Counted from the first letter of the stretch, positions 1-12,162 are shown. The stretch is DNA of 64,000 bases from Dehalococcoidia bacterium (GCA_028279505.1 JANQNP010000031.1:17413-81412); one strand, 5' to 3'. Notes: generated from the sequence alone by a model not told the origin. Numbers and translations are program-made.

Positions 1-2683
<2,683 letters not shown>

Positions 2684-2804
2684 AACGGGGCTCCGTCCTC
2701 GTTGCCACCAGCGTACGGCAGAGCACGCCTGCCTATCGACGCTAGCTGATTCCGCACGGCATCGACGTACGGGATCTCACGAGGTCAGCCTGACGACCGC
2801 GCGT

Positions 2805-2810
2805 TAGAAT
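2805..2810 (+). promoter_or_regulatory. candidate -10 box (TAGAAT) giving a very short or absent leader for lipB
   Basis: TAGAAT ends 9 nt before the lipB ATG (2820) and no Shine-Dalgarno is visible in between. Pattern only; no convincing -35. Confidence 0.25.
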
Positions 2811-2819
2811 TGCGTCACG

Positions 2820-3542
2820 ATGACCCGCCGAACCGTCGCCCTGCATCGAGCCGACGGCGTTGGCTATCGCGCCGCCCTCGATTGGCAGCGCGCCACCGCC
2901 GAGGCGTTGCGTGACGCCCGCGCGGCAGACGGCGCGATCGCAAGCCCCGAGGCCCTAGCGCTGATCCAGCACGACCCTGTCTACACGCTCGGCGCGCGGG
3001 CGATCGACGCCAACGTCCTCGAGAGCCCGAGCGCCCTCGCCGGTCGCGGCGCCGAGGTAATGCGGGTCGACCGAGGCGGCGACGTCACGTTCCACGGGCC
3101 GGGGCAGCTCGTGGGGTACCCGATCCTCGACCTGCACGCTCGCGGGATCCGGCCGGGCGACCATGTACGCCTGCTCGAGCAGACGGTGATCGACACCCTC
3201 GAGACGTTCCACCTCCGAGGTGAGCGCGTCCGCGGCCGGCCCGGCGTCTGGGTCGACGGCGCCAAGGTCGCCGCCATCGGCGTGCGGGTCTCCCGAGGCA
3301 TCTCGACGCATGGGTTTGCGCTGAACGTTGCCACGGACCTCGGATGGTTCGACGCGATCGTGCCGTGCGGGCTCGCCGATGCGGAGGTCACCTCGATGGA
3401 GCGCCTGCTCGCGGGCGCGCCGCCGTTCGAGGAGGTTGTCGACGCGTACCGCCGCGCCTTCGAGCGGCGATTCGCCTCGGAGCTGGTTGAGGCCGTTGAC
3501 GGTCCGCTCCGCGTCGCGCCCGCGGAGGCGGTGCCCGCATGA
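2820..3542 (+). CDS. lipB: octanoyltransferase (lipoyl(octanoyl) transferase)
   Basis: 240-aa ORF with DPVYTLGARA, RVDRGGDVTFHGPGQLVGYPILDL, KVAAIGVRVSRGISTHGFALNV and IVPCGL, the LipB hallmark blocks. ATGA overlap with lipA. Confidence 0.9.
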   Translation: MTRRTVALHRADGVGYRAALDWQRATAEALRDARAADGAIASPEALALIQHDPVYTLGARAIDANVLESPSALAGRGAEVMRVDRGGDVTFHGPGQLVGYPILDLHARGIRPGDHVRLLEQTVIDTLETFHLRGERVRGRPGVWVDGAKVAAIGVRVSRGISTHGFALNVATDLGWFDAIVPCGLADAEVTSMERLLAGAPPFEEVVDAYRRAFERRFASELVEAVDGPLRVAPAEAVPA

Positions 3543-4438
3543 CGACGGAGACGCGACGCGCGGCGCGCGAACGCAAGCCGTCCTGGTTCAAGGCGAAGTT
3601 CCCGGCGGGCGAGCGATTCGAGATGGTCCGTGACCTCGTCACGACCAACCAGCTCCACACGGTGTGCCAGGAGGCGCGCTGCCCGAACATCGGCGAGTGC
3701 TACAACGCGGGGACCGCGACGTTCATGATCCTCGGCGACACCTGCACGCGGGCCTGTGGGTTCTGCGCGGTCAACTCCGGACGCCCTGAGGCGATCGACC
3801 CGCTGGAGCCGGTGCGGCTCGCGCAGGCGGTCGAGACGCTTGGCCTCGACTACGCGGTAATCACCTCGGTGAATCGTGACGACGTCGTGGACGGTGGGGC
3901 GAGCATCTTCGCCGCCTGTATTCGCGCTGTGCGGTATCGGACGCCGTCGTGCGACGTCGAGGTGCTGATCCCGGACTTCGAGGGCGATTGGGACGCCCTC
4001 GGGACCGTGCTGGAAGCGCGGCCGGTGGTGCTCAATCACAACACCGAATCCGTGCCGCGGCTGTACCCGAGGGTGCGGCCGAAGGGTGACTATCAGCGGA
4101 CGCTCGCGCTCTTCGGCGAGTCGAAGCGGCAGGCCCCCGACATTCCGGTGAAGACCGGGTTCATGGTCGGGATCGGCGAGCGCCTCGAGGAGATGAAGCG
4201 CAGCCTCGAGGATGTCCGCGACGCCGGCGTCGACCTGATCACGATCGGGCAGTACCTCCGGCCGACGGAGAAGCATCTGCCGGTCGACCGCTGGGTGCAT
4301 CCCGACGAGTACGCGGAGCTGAAGGCGTACGGCCTTGAGCTCGGCTTCGACCACGTCGAGGCCGGGCCGCTCGTTCGCAGCTCGTACCACGCGGGGGAGC
4401 AGGCCCGGGCGGGTCACGTCGGCCTCGGAAGCGCCTGA
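3539..4438 (+). CDS. lipA: lipoyl synthase (radical SAM)
   Basis: VCQEARCPNIGEC (Cx4Cx5C) plus CTRACGFC (Cx3Cx2C) clusters; 299 aa. Confidence 0.95.
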   Translation: MTTETRRAARERKPSWFKAKFPAGERFEMVRDLVTTNQLHTVCQEARCPNIGECYNAGTATFMILGDTCTRACGFCAVNSGRPEAIDPLEPVRLAQAVETLGLDYAVITSVNRDDVVDGGASIFAACIRAVRYRTPSCDVEVLIPDFEGDWDALGTVLEARPVVLNHNTESVPRLYPRVRPKGDYQRTLALFGESKRQAPDIPVKTGFMVGIGERLEEMKRSLEDVRDAGVDLITIGQYLRPTEKHLPVDRWVHPDEYAELKAYGLELGFDHVEAGPLVRSSYHAGEQARAGHVGLGSA

Positions 4439-4447
4439 CGCCCTCGG

Positions 4448-4894
4448 ATGGACGGGCACGTCACGCACGTCGCCGTCCGGATGGTTCACGTACTGGCGGC
4501 GACGGTGCTGGTTGGTGGATCGCTCGGCATCGCGATCGCGGGATGGACAGCGCCCGCCACTGACCGAGGCTCCGCGTTCGTCGCAGCCGCGACCCGGTAC
4601 GAGCTGGCCTTCTGGCTCGCCCTCGGCGCGATCGTGGCCACCGGCGTTGGCAATCTCGGTGTCTTCGGTCGCGGACTGCCGGGCCCGGACACCGACTGGG
4701 GGCAGAAGCTCTCGTTGAAGCTGACGCTCGTGTTCGTGCTGATGCTGCTGTCAGTGGTGCGAGTGCTCGCCGTCGCGCGGCTGCGAGACCTCGAAGCGCG
4801 GGTGCGCGTGGTCGCCCTCGCGAGGTGGTATGCCACGACCGCGGGATTCAGCGGCGCCATCGTGGCTGCGGCGGTCTGGCTCGCTCATGGCTGA
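4448..4894 (+). CDS. hypothetical 4-TM membrane protein (CopD-like topology, unassigned)
   Basis: 148-aa ORF with four hydrophobic helices and normal local GC/codon usage. No catalytic motif recognised. Confidence 0.5.
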   Translation: MDGHVTHVAVRMVHVLAATVLVGGSLGIAIAGWTAPATDRGSAFVAAATRYELAFWLALGAIVATGVGNLGVFGRGLPGPDTDWGQKLSLKLTLVFVLMLLSVVRVLAVARLRDLEARVRVVALARWYATTAGFSGAIVAAAVWLAHG

Positions 4895-5438
4895 GCGCCT
4901 GAAACAGCTTGACCCTCGGACACCGAGTGCGGCGATCACGGTTGCGCTCGCGACCTTCCATGCATCCATGCTCGTGCTGGTCATCGTCGTCCTGATCTAC
5001 TTCTTCGGCGACCTCGGTGAGACGTTAGACGACCTCAACACGCTGCTCGGCCTCGGCCTCTTCGCGTACCTCTGGGCGGTCATCTGGGTGACGACATCGG
5101 GAGCGCTGCGCCGGCTCGGATGGCCCAACGCAGCGGGGCTGGCTGAAGCCATCGAGGCCGCAGTCCCGTGGGGCGGGTTCGCCGGCGCTGCAATCGTGAT
5201 CGTCCCGTCGTTCGGCGGCGCGCTCGTGCTCGCGGCCTACGGCGTGCTGACGCTCGACGGAGAGGCGTTGCTCCGGGCGCTGATCATCGTCCCATTCGGC
5301 ATCGTTGCTGGCGCCGTCGCGTTCGGAGTGGGTGGGCTGATTGGGCTGACGCTCGGCGTGCTCGACTACGCGCTGGTACGGGCCTCGGAGGCCGTGCTGG
5401 ACGCGGTCAGCCCTTCCGAGGTGGGGCGAGGCGCGTAA
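4887..5438 (+). CDS. hypothetical polytopic membrane protein
   Basis: I start it at the internal ATG MAERLKQL (4887), which overlaps the previous stop by 8 nt. Gly/Ala/Val-rich TM helices. The listed 4830 start would overlap the previous gene more. Confidence 0.5.
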   Translation: MAERLKQLDPRTPSAAITVALATFHASMLVLVIVVLIYFFGDLGETLDDLNTLLGLGLFAYLWAVIWVTTSGALRRLGWPNAAGLAEAIEAAVPWGGFAGAAIVIVPSFGGALVLAAYGVLTLDGEALLRALIIVPFGIVAGAVAFGVGGLIGLTLGVLDYALVRASEAVLDAVSPSEVGRGA

Positions 5439-5540
5439 TGGCACCCTGTCGCCGAGTACGATCGATCGCGCGTTGATCGCGCTTGCGCGCTGGATCATCC
5501 GCGCCGCCTCGACCCGCCACTAGCACGAACGGATCTCGAC

Positions 5541-6908
5541 ATGTCCGAACGCCTCTTAGTGATCGGCGGCGACGCCGCCGGCATGTCCGCCGCCTCCGAG
5601 GCGCGCCGGCGGCGGGGGCCCGATGACCTCGAGATCGTCGTCTTCGAGCGCTCTTCGTTCGTCTCGTACTCCGCCTGCGGCGAGCCGTACTTCGTCGGTG
5701 ACTACGTCACCGAGATCGACGATCTGATCGCGCGCACGCCGGAGGAGTTCGCCGCGCGCGACATCGAGGTGCATATCCGGCACGAGGTGACGTCGATCGA
5801 CACGGAGGCGCGGCGGGTGGCGGTGCGAGCCGTGGACGGCGGCGCCGAGCGAAGCGAGCCGTACGACGAGCTGTTGCTCGCCACCGGCGCCGAGCCGAAC
5901 CGTCCGCCGATCGACGGCGCCGATCTGCCGGGCGTCTATCAGATGCACACCCTCGATGACGCGCTGGCTGTCCGGTGGATGATCGACGAGCACGCGCCGA
6001 AGCGTGCCGTCGTGATCGGCGGTGGGTACATCGGGATCGAGATGGCCGAGGCGTTCGACCGGCACGGGATCCCGGTGACGATCGTGACGGCGGCGCCGTC
6101 GCTCCTCGATCCGCAGCTCGATCCGGATATGGGCGACCTCGTGCGCGCGGCGGCCGAGGCGCAGGGGTTCGATGTTCGCACCGATCAGCGCATCGAGTGC
6201 ATCGAGGGCGATGACCATGTCACGGCTGTAGCCTGCGACGGTCCCGATCGGATCGATGCCGACGTGGTTCTGCTCGGCCTCGGAAGCCACGCCGAAGTGT
6301 GGCTGGCGACGCAGAACGGGATCCCGGTAGGAGAGAGCGGCGCGATCCTGGTGGACGACCACCAGCGCACGCAGGTCCCCGGCGTCTGGGCGGCGGGCGA
6401 TTGTGCCGAGGCACGCCACCGGATCTCGGGGAAGCCGGTGAACTTTCACCTCGGAACCGTCGCGAACAAGCAGGGGCGGATCGCCGGGGTGAACCTCGGC
6501 GGTGGGGACGAGGCGTTTCCCGGGGTGCTGGGTACGGCGGTGACGAAGCTCTGCGACCTCGAGATCGGGCGCACAGGGCTCACCGAGACGGAGTGCCAGG
6601 CGCTCGGCCTCGACTACGTCGCGGACACCTTCGAATCGACGACCGCGTCTGGCTATTGGCCGGAGGCCGAACGGATGACGATGAAGGCGCTCACGGACCG
6701 GGCCACTCGGCGGCTGCTGGGGGCGCAGATCGTGGGCGGAGCCGGCTCGGCGAAGCGGATCGACGCGGTCGCGATGGCGCTCTGGAACGAGATGACGATC
6801 GACGCGCTGATCAACGTCGACCTGTCCTACGCCCCACCGTTCTCAGGAGTCTGGGACCCGGTGCTGGTTGCCGCTCGAAAGGCTCGAGCGATCCTCGGCG
6901 ATCCGTAG
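5541..6908 (+). CDS. FAD-dependent pyridine nucleotide-disulfide oxidoreductase, CoA-disulfide reductase / NADH oxidase family
   Basis: N-terminal VIGGDAAGMSAAS FAD fold, single redox Cys motif SYSACGEPYF, second fold VIGGGYIGIEMAE, and AAGDCAE near the C-terminal third. Confidence 0.8.
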   Translation: MSERLLVIGGDAAGMSAASEARRRRGPDDLEIVVFERSSFVSYSACGEPYFVGDYVTEIDDLIARTPEEFAARDIEVHIRHEVTSIDTEARRVAVRAVDGGAERSEPYDELLLATGAEPNRPPIDGADLPGVYQMHTLDDALAVRWMIDEHAPKRAVVIGGGYIGIEMAEAFDRHGIPVTIVTAAPSLLDPQLDPDMGDLVRAAAEAQGFDVRTDQRIECIEGDDHVTAVACDGPDRIDADVVLLGLGSHAEVWLATQNGIPVGESGAILVDDHQRTQVPGVWAAGDCAEARHRISGKPVNFHLGTVANKQGRIAGVNLGGGDEAFPGVLGTAVTKLCDLEIGRTGLTETECQALGLDYVADTFESTTASGYWPEAERMTMKALTDRATRRLLGAQIVGGAGSAKRIDAVAMALWNEMTIDALINVDLSYAPPFSGVWDPVLVAARKARAILGDP

Positions 6909-7023
6909 CGGTCGCTGGCGCAACCACGAAGTAACTTCCGGAGGAGCGGTAGAACGAGACCGCCCTCGATGCCATGGTCTGGAGGCGGACGGCACCGGCG
7001 CCAGTACCGCGGGCAAGGGTTCG

Positions 7024-8301
7024 ATGCTCCGCAGGATGTTCCCGAACGTGTACGAGGGCTGGCTCGTCGTCGGCTCGTCGGGCGTGATCGTCCTGGTCGT
7101 TGCCGCAACCTTCTTCTACGGCTTCGGCACCATCTTCAACGAGGTTCGCGACGAGTTCGGGTGGAGCAACGCCTCGACGGCGCTCGCCTTCTCGCTGCGG
7201 AACGAGATCGGCGGCGTCGGCGCGATCATCGTCGGGGTGGCGCTCGATCGGGTCGGCCCGAAACGTGTGCTCTTCACCGGCATCTCGATCGCCGCCGCCG
7301 GCGTCCTCGCGATGTCGTTCATGCAGGAGCTCTGGCACTTCTACGCGGTGATGGTCGTGATCGCCCTCGGCTCGAGTTCGGCGGGCGGGCAGGTCGGTCT
7401 CACCGCGATCTCCACGTGGTTCCGCCAGCGGCGCGCGTTCGCGATGTCGCTGATGACCCTCGGCGGCGGGCTAGGCGGCATCTTCGTCGTGCTGATCGGC
7501 CTGCTCGTGGACGCCGCCGGGTGGCGTTGGGCGCTGCGCGTCCTCGCAGCGGTGATGCTTGTCGTCGGCCTCGTGGTGGGGAGCAACGTCCGTTCGAGGC
7601 CGGCCGGGCACCCGCAGCCGCTCGACGGACGCCACCGCGACCCGTTCGAGATCCCCGACGAGGAGCTCGAGGAGGCCGAGGAGTGGGGCGTTCCGGTCCG
7701 TCGCGCGATCAGCTCACATGCGTTCCTGCTGCTCTCGCTGGCGATGCTGGGGAGCAGCTTCGGGTTCGTGGCGCTGGTGGTGCACCAGATCCCCTATCTC
7801 GAGACGGAGCTGGGGCTGTCGAAGGCGCTCGCGAGTAGCTCGGTCGCGGTGTTCACGCTCTCCTCGATCGTCGGCCGGCTGGGCTTCGGGTTCCTGGGCG
7901 ACAAGTACCCGAAGCGCCTGATGATGGCGGCGGCGATCGGGATGCTCTCGGTCGGGCTGCTGATCGTCGCCGTGGCTCCGAACCTGTGGGTCGCGATGAT
8001 CGGGATCGCGATCGGCGCGCCCGGCTTCGGCGGGACGATCCCACTACGCCCGTCGATGACCGCCGACTACTTCGGCACCACCCACTTCGGCACGATCAAC
8101 GGCACGATGCAGTTCCTCTCGACCACCGGCGGGGCGGTGGGCCCGTGGGTGGTCGGGCGCGTCGTGGACCTCGAGGGTGACTACACCGTCGGGTGGTTGA
8201 TCGCGGCGGTGGTGGTCGCGGCCGTCGGTGTGCCGGCGGCGCTGGCGGCGACGACGCCGACGGCGCTGCGCGACGAGTATCGAGGCGCGGCGACGGTGTG
8301 A
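7024..8301 (+). CDS. MFS transporter (oxalate/formate antiporter-like, OFA-type)
   Basis: 12-TM pattern with a central hydrophilic loop (RSRPAGHPQPLDG..EELEEAEEW). Start trimmed to MLRRMFPNVYEGW (7024); the upstream 52 codons are Arg/Gly-rich and non-membrane. Confidence 0.8.
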   Translation: MLRRMFPNVYEGWLVVGSSGVIVLVVAATFFYGFGTIFNEVRDEFGWSNASTALAFSLRNEIGGVGAIIVGVALDRVGPKRVLFTGISIAAAGVLAMSFMQELWHFYAVMVVIALGSSSAGGQVGLTAISTWFRQRRAFAMSLMTLGGGLGGIFVVLIGLLVDAAGWRWALRVLAAVMLVVGLVVGSNVRSRPAGHPQPLDGRHRDPFEIPDEELEEAEEWGVPVRRAISSHAFLLLSLAMLGSSFGFVALVVHQIPYLETELGLSKALASSSVAVFTLSSIVGRLGFGFLGDKYPKRLMMAAAIGMLSVGLLIVAVAPNLWVAMIGIAIGAPGFGGTIPLRPSMTADYFGTTHFGTINGTMQFLSTTGGAVGPWVVGRVVDLEGDYTVGWLIAAVVVAAVGVPAALAATTPTALRDEYRGAATV

Positions 8302-8319
8302 CGGCCCTCGGTGGGGCGG

Positions 8320-9960
8320 CTACAGGTAGCCGCCGCCACCTCGCGAGGCCTTCGGGTCGGTAATGACGTTCAGCAGCGAGACCTTGCCCGAGGCGAAGGC
8401 GCGGTCCATGGCCGGGCGGATCTCCGCGGGGTCGGTGACTCGCTCGGCGTAGCCGCCGACCATCTCGACCATCCGCTCGTAGTCAGCGGGGAGCAGCGTC
8501 GCGATCGGCGGCGCATCCGCCGGGAAGCTGCGGTCCTGGATCGTGTGCGCCGCGATGCCGGCGTTGTTCGACACGACGATGACGATTGGGATATCGAGGC
8601 GGGCGCAGGTCTCGACCTCCATAGCCGCCGCGCCGAAGGCGTAGTCGCCGAGGACGGCCACCACCTGCCGCTCTGGCCGCGCGAGCTTCGCGCCCACGGC
8701 ATATGGCAACCCGGTGCCCATGCAGCCGGTCGTGCCGGCGCCGAAGCGGTGCCGTCCGACGTGGGTCGGCATCACCTGGCGCATGACGGCCATCGTGAAC
8801 TCGCCGTCCTCGGTCACGATTGCGTCGCGCTCGAGGGAGTCGCGTACGTCCGCGATCAGCCGGTAGTGGTTGATTGGCTGCTGGTCCGAGGTGAGCTGCT
8901 CGGCGACGTTGCCCTCGTTCTCCCGCGCCTGCTCCTGCAGTTGGGCGAGCCAGCCGCTCGAGGACGATCGCAGCTCGCGGCCGGCCAGCGCCTCGTTGAG
9001 TGCCTCGACGCCGACGCGGCAGTCGGCGACGAGGCCGAGCTCGACGTTCGCCGCCGAGTGAAACTCCTCGGGCTCGACGTCGATCTGCGCGATCCGCGCG
9101 TTCGCCGGCAGGCGGCTGCCGAGCTGGAACATCCAGTTGAAGCGCGCGCCCACCATCAGCACCGCGTCGGCGCCGCGCATCGCGGCGGAGCGGGCGGCGC
9201 CGGCGTTCGAGTCGTGGTCGTCGGCCACCGTGCCGCGTCCCATCGGCGAGGCGATGAACGGGATCCCGAGGTCGGCGAGCCGCGTCAGCGCGAGCCCGGC
9301 GTCGCCCCAGGCCGCGCCCTTGCCGATCATCACGAGCGGTCGCTCAGCGGATGCGAGCATGTCCGCGATCCGCTCGATCGAGGCGGGGTCGGGTGCGGCG
9401 AAGGAGACCTCCGGCGCGGACTCGCGAAGCGGGGCGTCGCTCTCCTCGACGCGGCCGGGACCGGAGACGAGGTTGCCGGGGAAGTCGAGGTACACGGCGC
9501 CCGGCCGGCCGTACTGGGCGCGCGAGATCGCGAGGTGGAGGAACTCCGGGATGCGCTCGGCCTGGTCGACGCGCTGCGCCCACTTGGTGGCCGGCTGCGC
9601 GAAGGCGACCTGATCGGCCTCCTGGAAGGAGCCGAAGCCGAGCCCGCCTTCGGCGGCAGACCCGCCGAGGACGATCAGCGGCATCGCGCTCTGGGTGGCG
9701 ACGTACATCGGGGTGACGGTGTTGGTCATCGCCGGGCCGGAGGCGGCGACCATCACCCCCGGCTTCTGGTTGAGGTAACCCCAGGCCGAGGCGGCGAAGC
9801 AGGCGTTCATCTCGTGCCGGCAGTTGATGACGCGGATGCCCTCGCTGTTGCATTCGGCGAGGACGTCGATCATCGGGCCGCCGAGCACGGTAAAGATGTG
9901 GTCGATGCCACTCGCCTTTAGCTGCCGCGCGACCAGCGTCGCTCCCTTGGTCTCCGCCAT
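8320..9960 (-). CDS. thiamine-diphosphate enzyme, oxalyl-CoA decarboxylase / 2-hydroxyacyl-CoA lyase-like
   Basis: Start trimmed to MAETKGATLVARQLK (complement of 9958-9960). Three-domain ThDP architecture, and a ThDP motif LGDYAFGAAAMEVETCARLDIPIVIVVSNNAG near the C-terminus. Confidence 0.85.
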   Translation of the reverse strand: MAETKGATLVARQLKASGIDHIFTVLGGPMIDVLAECNSEGIRVINCRHEMNACFAASAWGYLNQKPGVMVAASGPAMTNTVTPMYVATQSAMPLIVLGGSAAEGGLGFGSFQEADQVAFAQPATKWAQRVDQAERIPEFLHLAISRAQYGRPGAVYLDFPGNLVSGPGRVEESDAPLRESAPEVSFAAPDPASIERIADMLASAERPLVMIGKGAAWGDAGLALTRLADLGIPFIASPMGRGTVADDHDSNAGAARSAAMRGADAVLMVGARFNWMFQLGSRLPANARIAQIDVEPEEFHSAANVELGLVADCRVGVEALNEALAGRELRSSSSGWLAQLQEQARENEGNVAEQLTSDQQPINHYRLIADVRDSLERDAIVTEDGEFTMAVMRQVMPTHVGRHRFGAGTTGCMGTGLPYAVGAKLARPERQVVAVLGDYAFGAAAMEVETCARLDIPIVIVVSNNAGIAAHTIQDRSFPADAPPIATLLPADYERMVEMVGGYAERVTDPAEIRPAMDRAFASGKVSLLNVITDPKASRGGGGYL

Positions 9961-9993
9961 CGCCTGACACCTCTCCTCGAATAGTTGTTTGCG

Positions 9994-10016
9994 AACCCGG
10001 TGGTTCGAACCGGGTT
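9994..10016. promoter_or_regulatory. palindromic candidate operator in a divergent promoter
   Basis: AACCCGGT-GGTTCGA-ACCGGGTT has perfect 8-bp inverted arms and contains the 10-bp palindrome GGTTCGAACC. It lies between the divergent ThDP enzyme and CoA-transferase genes. Confidence 0.4.
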
Positions 10017-10106
10017 TGATTGCCGCGACGCATGCTAATCGCGCCCGCTCGCGGGGTGTAGGCTGGCGCCGTTCACCAGTGATCCGAGACTGACGAGGAA
10101 CGACGC

Positions 10107-11285
10107 ATGCCGGCACCACTCGAGGGCATCAAGGTCATCGACTTCACCCGCTTCCAGAACGGCCCGCACGCGACGGTGATGCTGAGCGACATGGGCGCGC
10201 AGGTGATCAAGGTGGAGCGGCCGGGCGAAGGCGACCCAGGACGCGCCCTCGGACGGGGCGAAGACGGGTTCTGCGCCTACTTCGAGGCGCTGGATCGGGG
10301 CAAGAGGTCGATCACGGTCGACCTCGGTTCGCCGGAGGGCGCGGAGATCATTCGCGCCCTCGTCAAGGACGCGGACGTGCTCATGGAGAACTTCCGGCCG
10401 GGACTCCTCGATTCCCTCGGGTTCGGCTACGAGGCGATGCGGGAGCTGAACCCGCAGCTGATCTACGCGGTGAACAGCGGCTTCGGCCCTCGTGGGGAGT
10501 GGACCAATCGTGGCTCGTTCGACATCGTCTCGCAGGGCATCTCAGGGGCGATGATCGGCCAGGCCGGCGGGCCGGGGAACGACCCGGTGTTGATCTCATG
10601 GGGGCTCGCCGATCAGGTCGGCAGCATGGTCTTCGCCTACGCCGTGATGACCGCCCTCGTCGCGCGCGAACGTCACGGCGTGGGCCAGAAGGTCGACACG
10701 TCACAGATGGGTGCCATGGCGACGCTCCAGGCGCTCAGCATCCAGCGCTACCTCCACGTCGAGAACGAGCCGACGACGAAGTACGTCAACCCCACCTTCT
10801 CGCCGTACCAGTGCTCCGACGGGGAGTGGCTGACGATCGGCGTGCTGACGCCGAAGCACTGGCCGCTGCTGTGCATCGCCATCGAGCGCGAAGACCTGAT
10901 CACCGACGAGCGGTCGGCCGACCCGTTCGCACGACGCGACAACTCAGGGTGGCTGCTGGAGGAGCTGGCGGTCTCGTTCAAGCGCGGTCCTCGACAGAAG
11001 TGGATCGACAACCTCGTGGCGAACGACGTGCCATGCGGGCCGGTGTACAGCTACGAGCAGATGGCGAACGAGGAGCAGTTCTGGGTGAACGGGTACCTCG
11101 CGAAGCTGGATCACCCCAACTTTCCCGACCACAAGGTGGTCGGCGTCCCGTTCGAGCTGAGCGAGACGCCCGGCAGCATTCAGGGGCCCGCCCCTGAGCT
11201 GGGACAGCACACCGAGGAGACGCTCCTCGACCTCGGGTATGACTGGGACAAGATCAGCGCGCTGCGCGAGTCCGGCGTGATTTAG
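10107..11285 (+). CDS. family III (CaiB/BaiF/Frc) CoA-transferase
   Basis: LEGIKVIDFTRFQNGPHATVMLSDMGAQVIKVERPGEGDPGR N-terminus; GLADQVG (catalytic Asp region); 392 aa. Confidence 0.9.
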   Translation: MPAPLEGIKVIDFTRFQNGPHATVMLSDMGAQVIKVERPGEGDPGRALGRGEDGFCAYFEALDRGKRSITVDLGSPEGAEIIRALVKDADVLMENFRPGLLDSLGFGYEAMRELNPQLIYAVNSGFGPRGEWTNRGSFDIVSQGISGAMIGQAGGPGNDPVLISWGLADQVGSMVFAYAVMTALVARERHGVGQKVDTSQMGAMATLQALSIQRYLHVENEPTTKYVNPTFSPYQCSDGEWLTIGVLTPKHWPLLCIAIEREDLITDERSADPFARRDNSGWLLEELAVSFKRGPRQKWIDNLVANDVPCGPVYSYEQMANEEQFWVNGYLAKLDHPNFPDHKVVGVPFELSETPGSIQGPAPELGQHTEETLLDLGYDWDKISALRESGVI

Positions 11286-11304
11286 GTACGCCAGCGAACA
11301 TTGC

Positions 11305-12147
11305 GTGCCCGAGGACGCGGTCGGTATCGTCCGCTGGAAAGGCGGTGAGCTGACCGTGACCACTGCGACCGCAATCGCGACGCAACGCCGAGTCATCCCG
11401 GTAGCCGACCTCGATCTGCACCTCCGCGAGGGCGGCGACGGCGCCCCCGTCGTGATCCTCCACCGGTCGATCGGGACGCTGGGTTGGGACGCGCTCGAGG
11501 AGAAGCTCGCCGCGCAGTTCCGCGTGATCACGCCCGATCTGCCGGGGTTCGGCGAGTCCGAGCGCCCCGACTGGGCACGCGAACCGCGCGACATCGCGCT
11601 CCTGGTATCGAGGATGCTCGAACGCCTCGATCTGACCGACGTGACGTTGGTGGGGCTCGGCTTCGGCGGCTTCGTCGCGGCCGAGTTGGCGACCGCGAAC
11701 GAGGAGCGGCTGAAGTCGCTGGTGCTCGTCGGCGCGGCCGGACTCAAACCTCGTGAGGGCGAGATCGTCGACCAGATGCTGATCGAGCACGCCGCCTACG
11801 TTCGGCAGGGGTTCAGCGACGAGGCCCGCTTCGAGGCGCGGTTCGGTTCGGAGCTACATCCCGACATCAAGGACATCTGGGAGTTCAGCCGGATCATGAC
11901 GGCCAGGGTCAGCTGGAGCCCGTACATGTTCAGCCGCCGGCTTCCGCACCTCCTCTGCGAGGTGAAGACACCCACGCTCGTGGTCTGGGGCGATGACGAT
12001 CGCATCATCCCGAAGGACAGCGGGCTGCAGTACGCCGAGCGCATCCCGAATGCTCGACTGGAGGTCGTGCCGAATGCCGGGCACCTCGTTGAGTGGGACG
12101 CGCCCGAGGAGCTCGCCCAGCTGATCGCCGCGCAGGCCACGGTCTAG
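11305..12147 (+). CDS. alpha/beta-hydrolase-fold protein with a non-canonical nucleophile elbow
   Basis: HG-type oxyanion region VVILHRS, PDLPGFGESE, C-terminal VWGDDDRIIP and NAGHLVEWD. The nucleophile elbow reads VGLGFGG (Gly where Ser is expected). Start uncertain. Confidence 0.7.
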   Translation: MPEDAVGIVRWKGGELTVTTATAIATQRRVIPVADLDLHLREGGDGAPVVILHRSIGTLGWDALEEKLAAQFRVITPDLPGFGESERPDWAREPRDIALLVSRMLERLDLTDVTLVGLGFGGFVAAELATANEERLKSLVLVGAAGLKPREGEIVDQMLIEHAAYVRQGFSDEARFEARFGSELHPDIKDIWEFSRIMTARVSWSPYMFSRRLPHLLCEVKTPTLVVWGDDDRIIPKDSGLQYAERIPNARLEVVPNAGHLVEWDAPEELAQLIAAQATV

Positions 12148-12162
12148 GAAGAGGACTCGACC

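Noticed and set aside
2981-4489. 502-aa minus-strand ORF opposite lipB/lipA. Similar long shadow ORFs occur at 8311-9921, 21335-22861, 31306-33099, 41811-43484, 59221-60639 and 61033-62859.
   Set aside because: Each lies antisense to a gene with unmistakable family motifs and has low-complexity Arg/Gly/Asp composition. These are high-GC shadow ORFs.
10001-10012. GGTTCGAACC resembles a tRNA T-loop (GGTTCGAATCC), raising the possibility of a tRNA in the 9961-10106 spacer.
   Set aside because: I could not build an acceptor stem, anticodon arm or D arm from the flanking sequence. The motif is part of a longer palindrome, so it is better explained as an operator.
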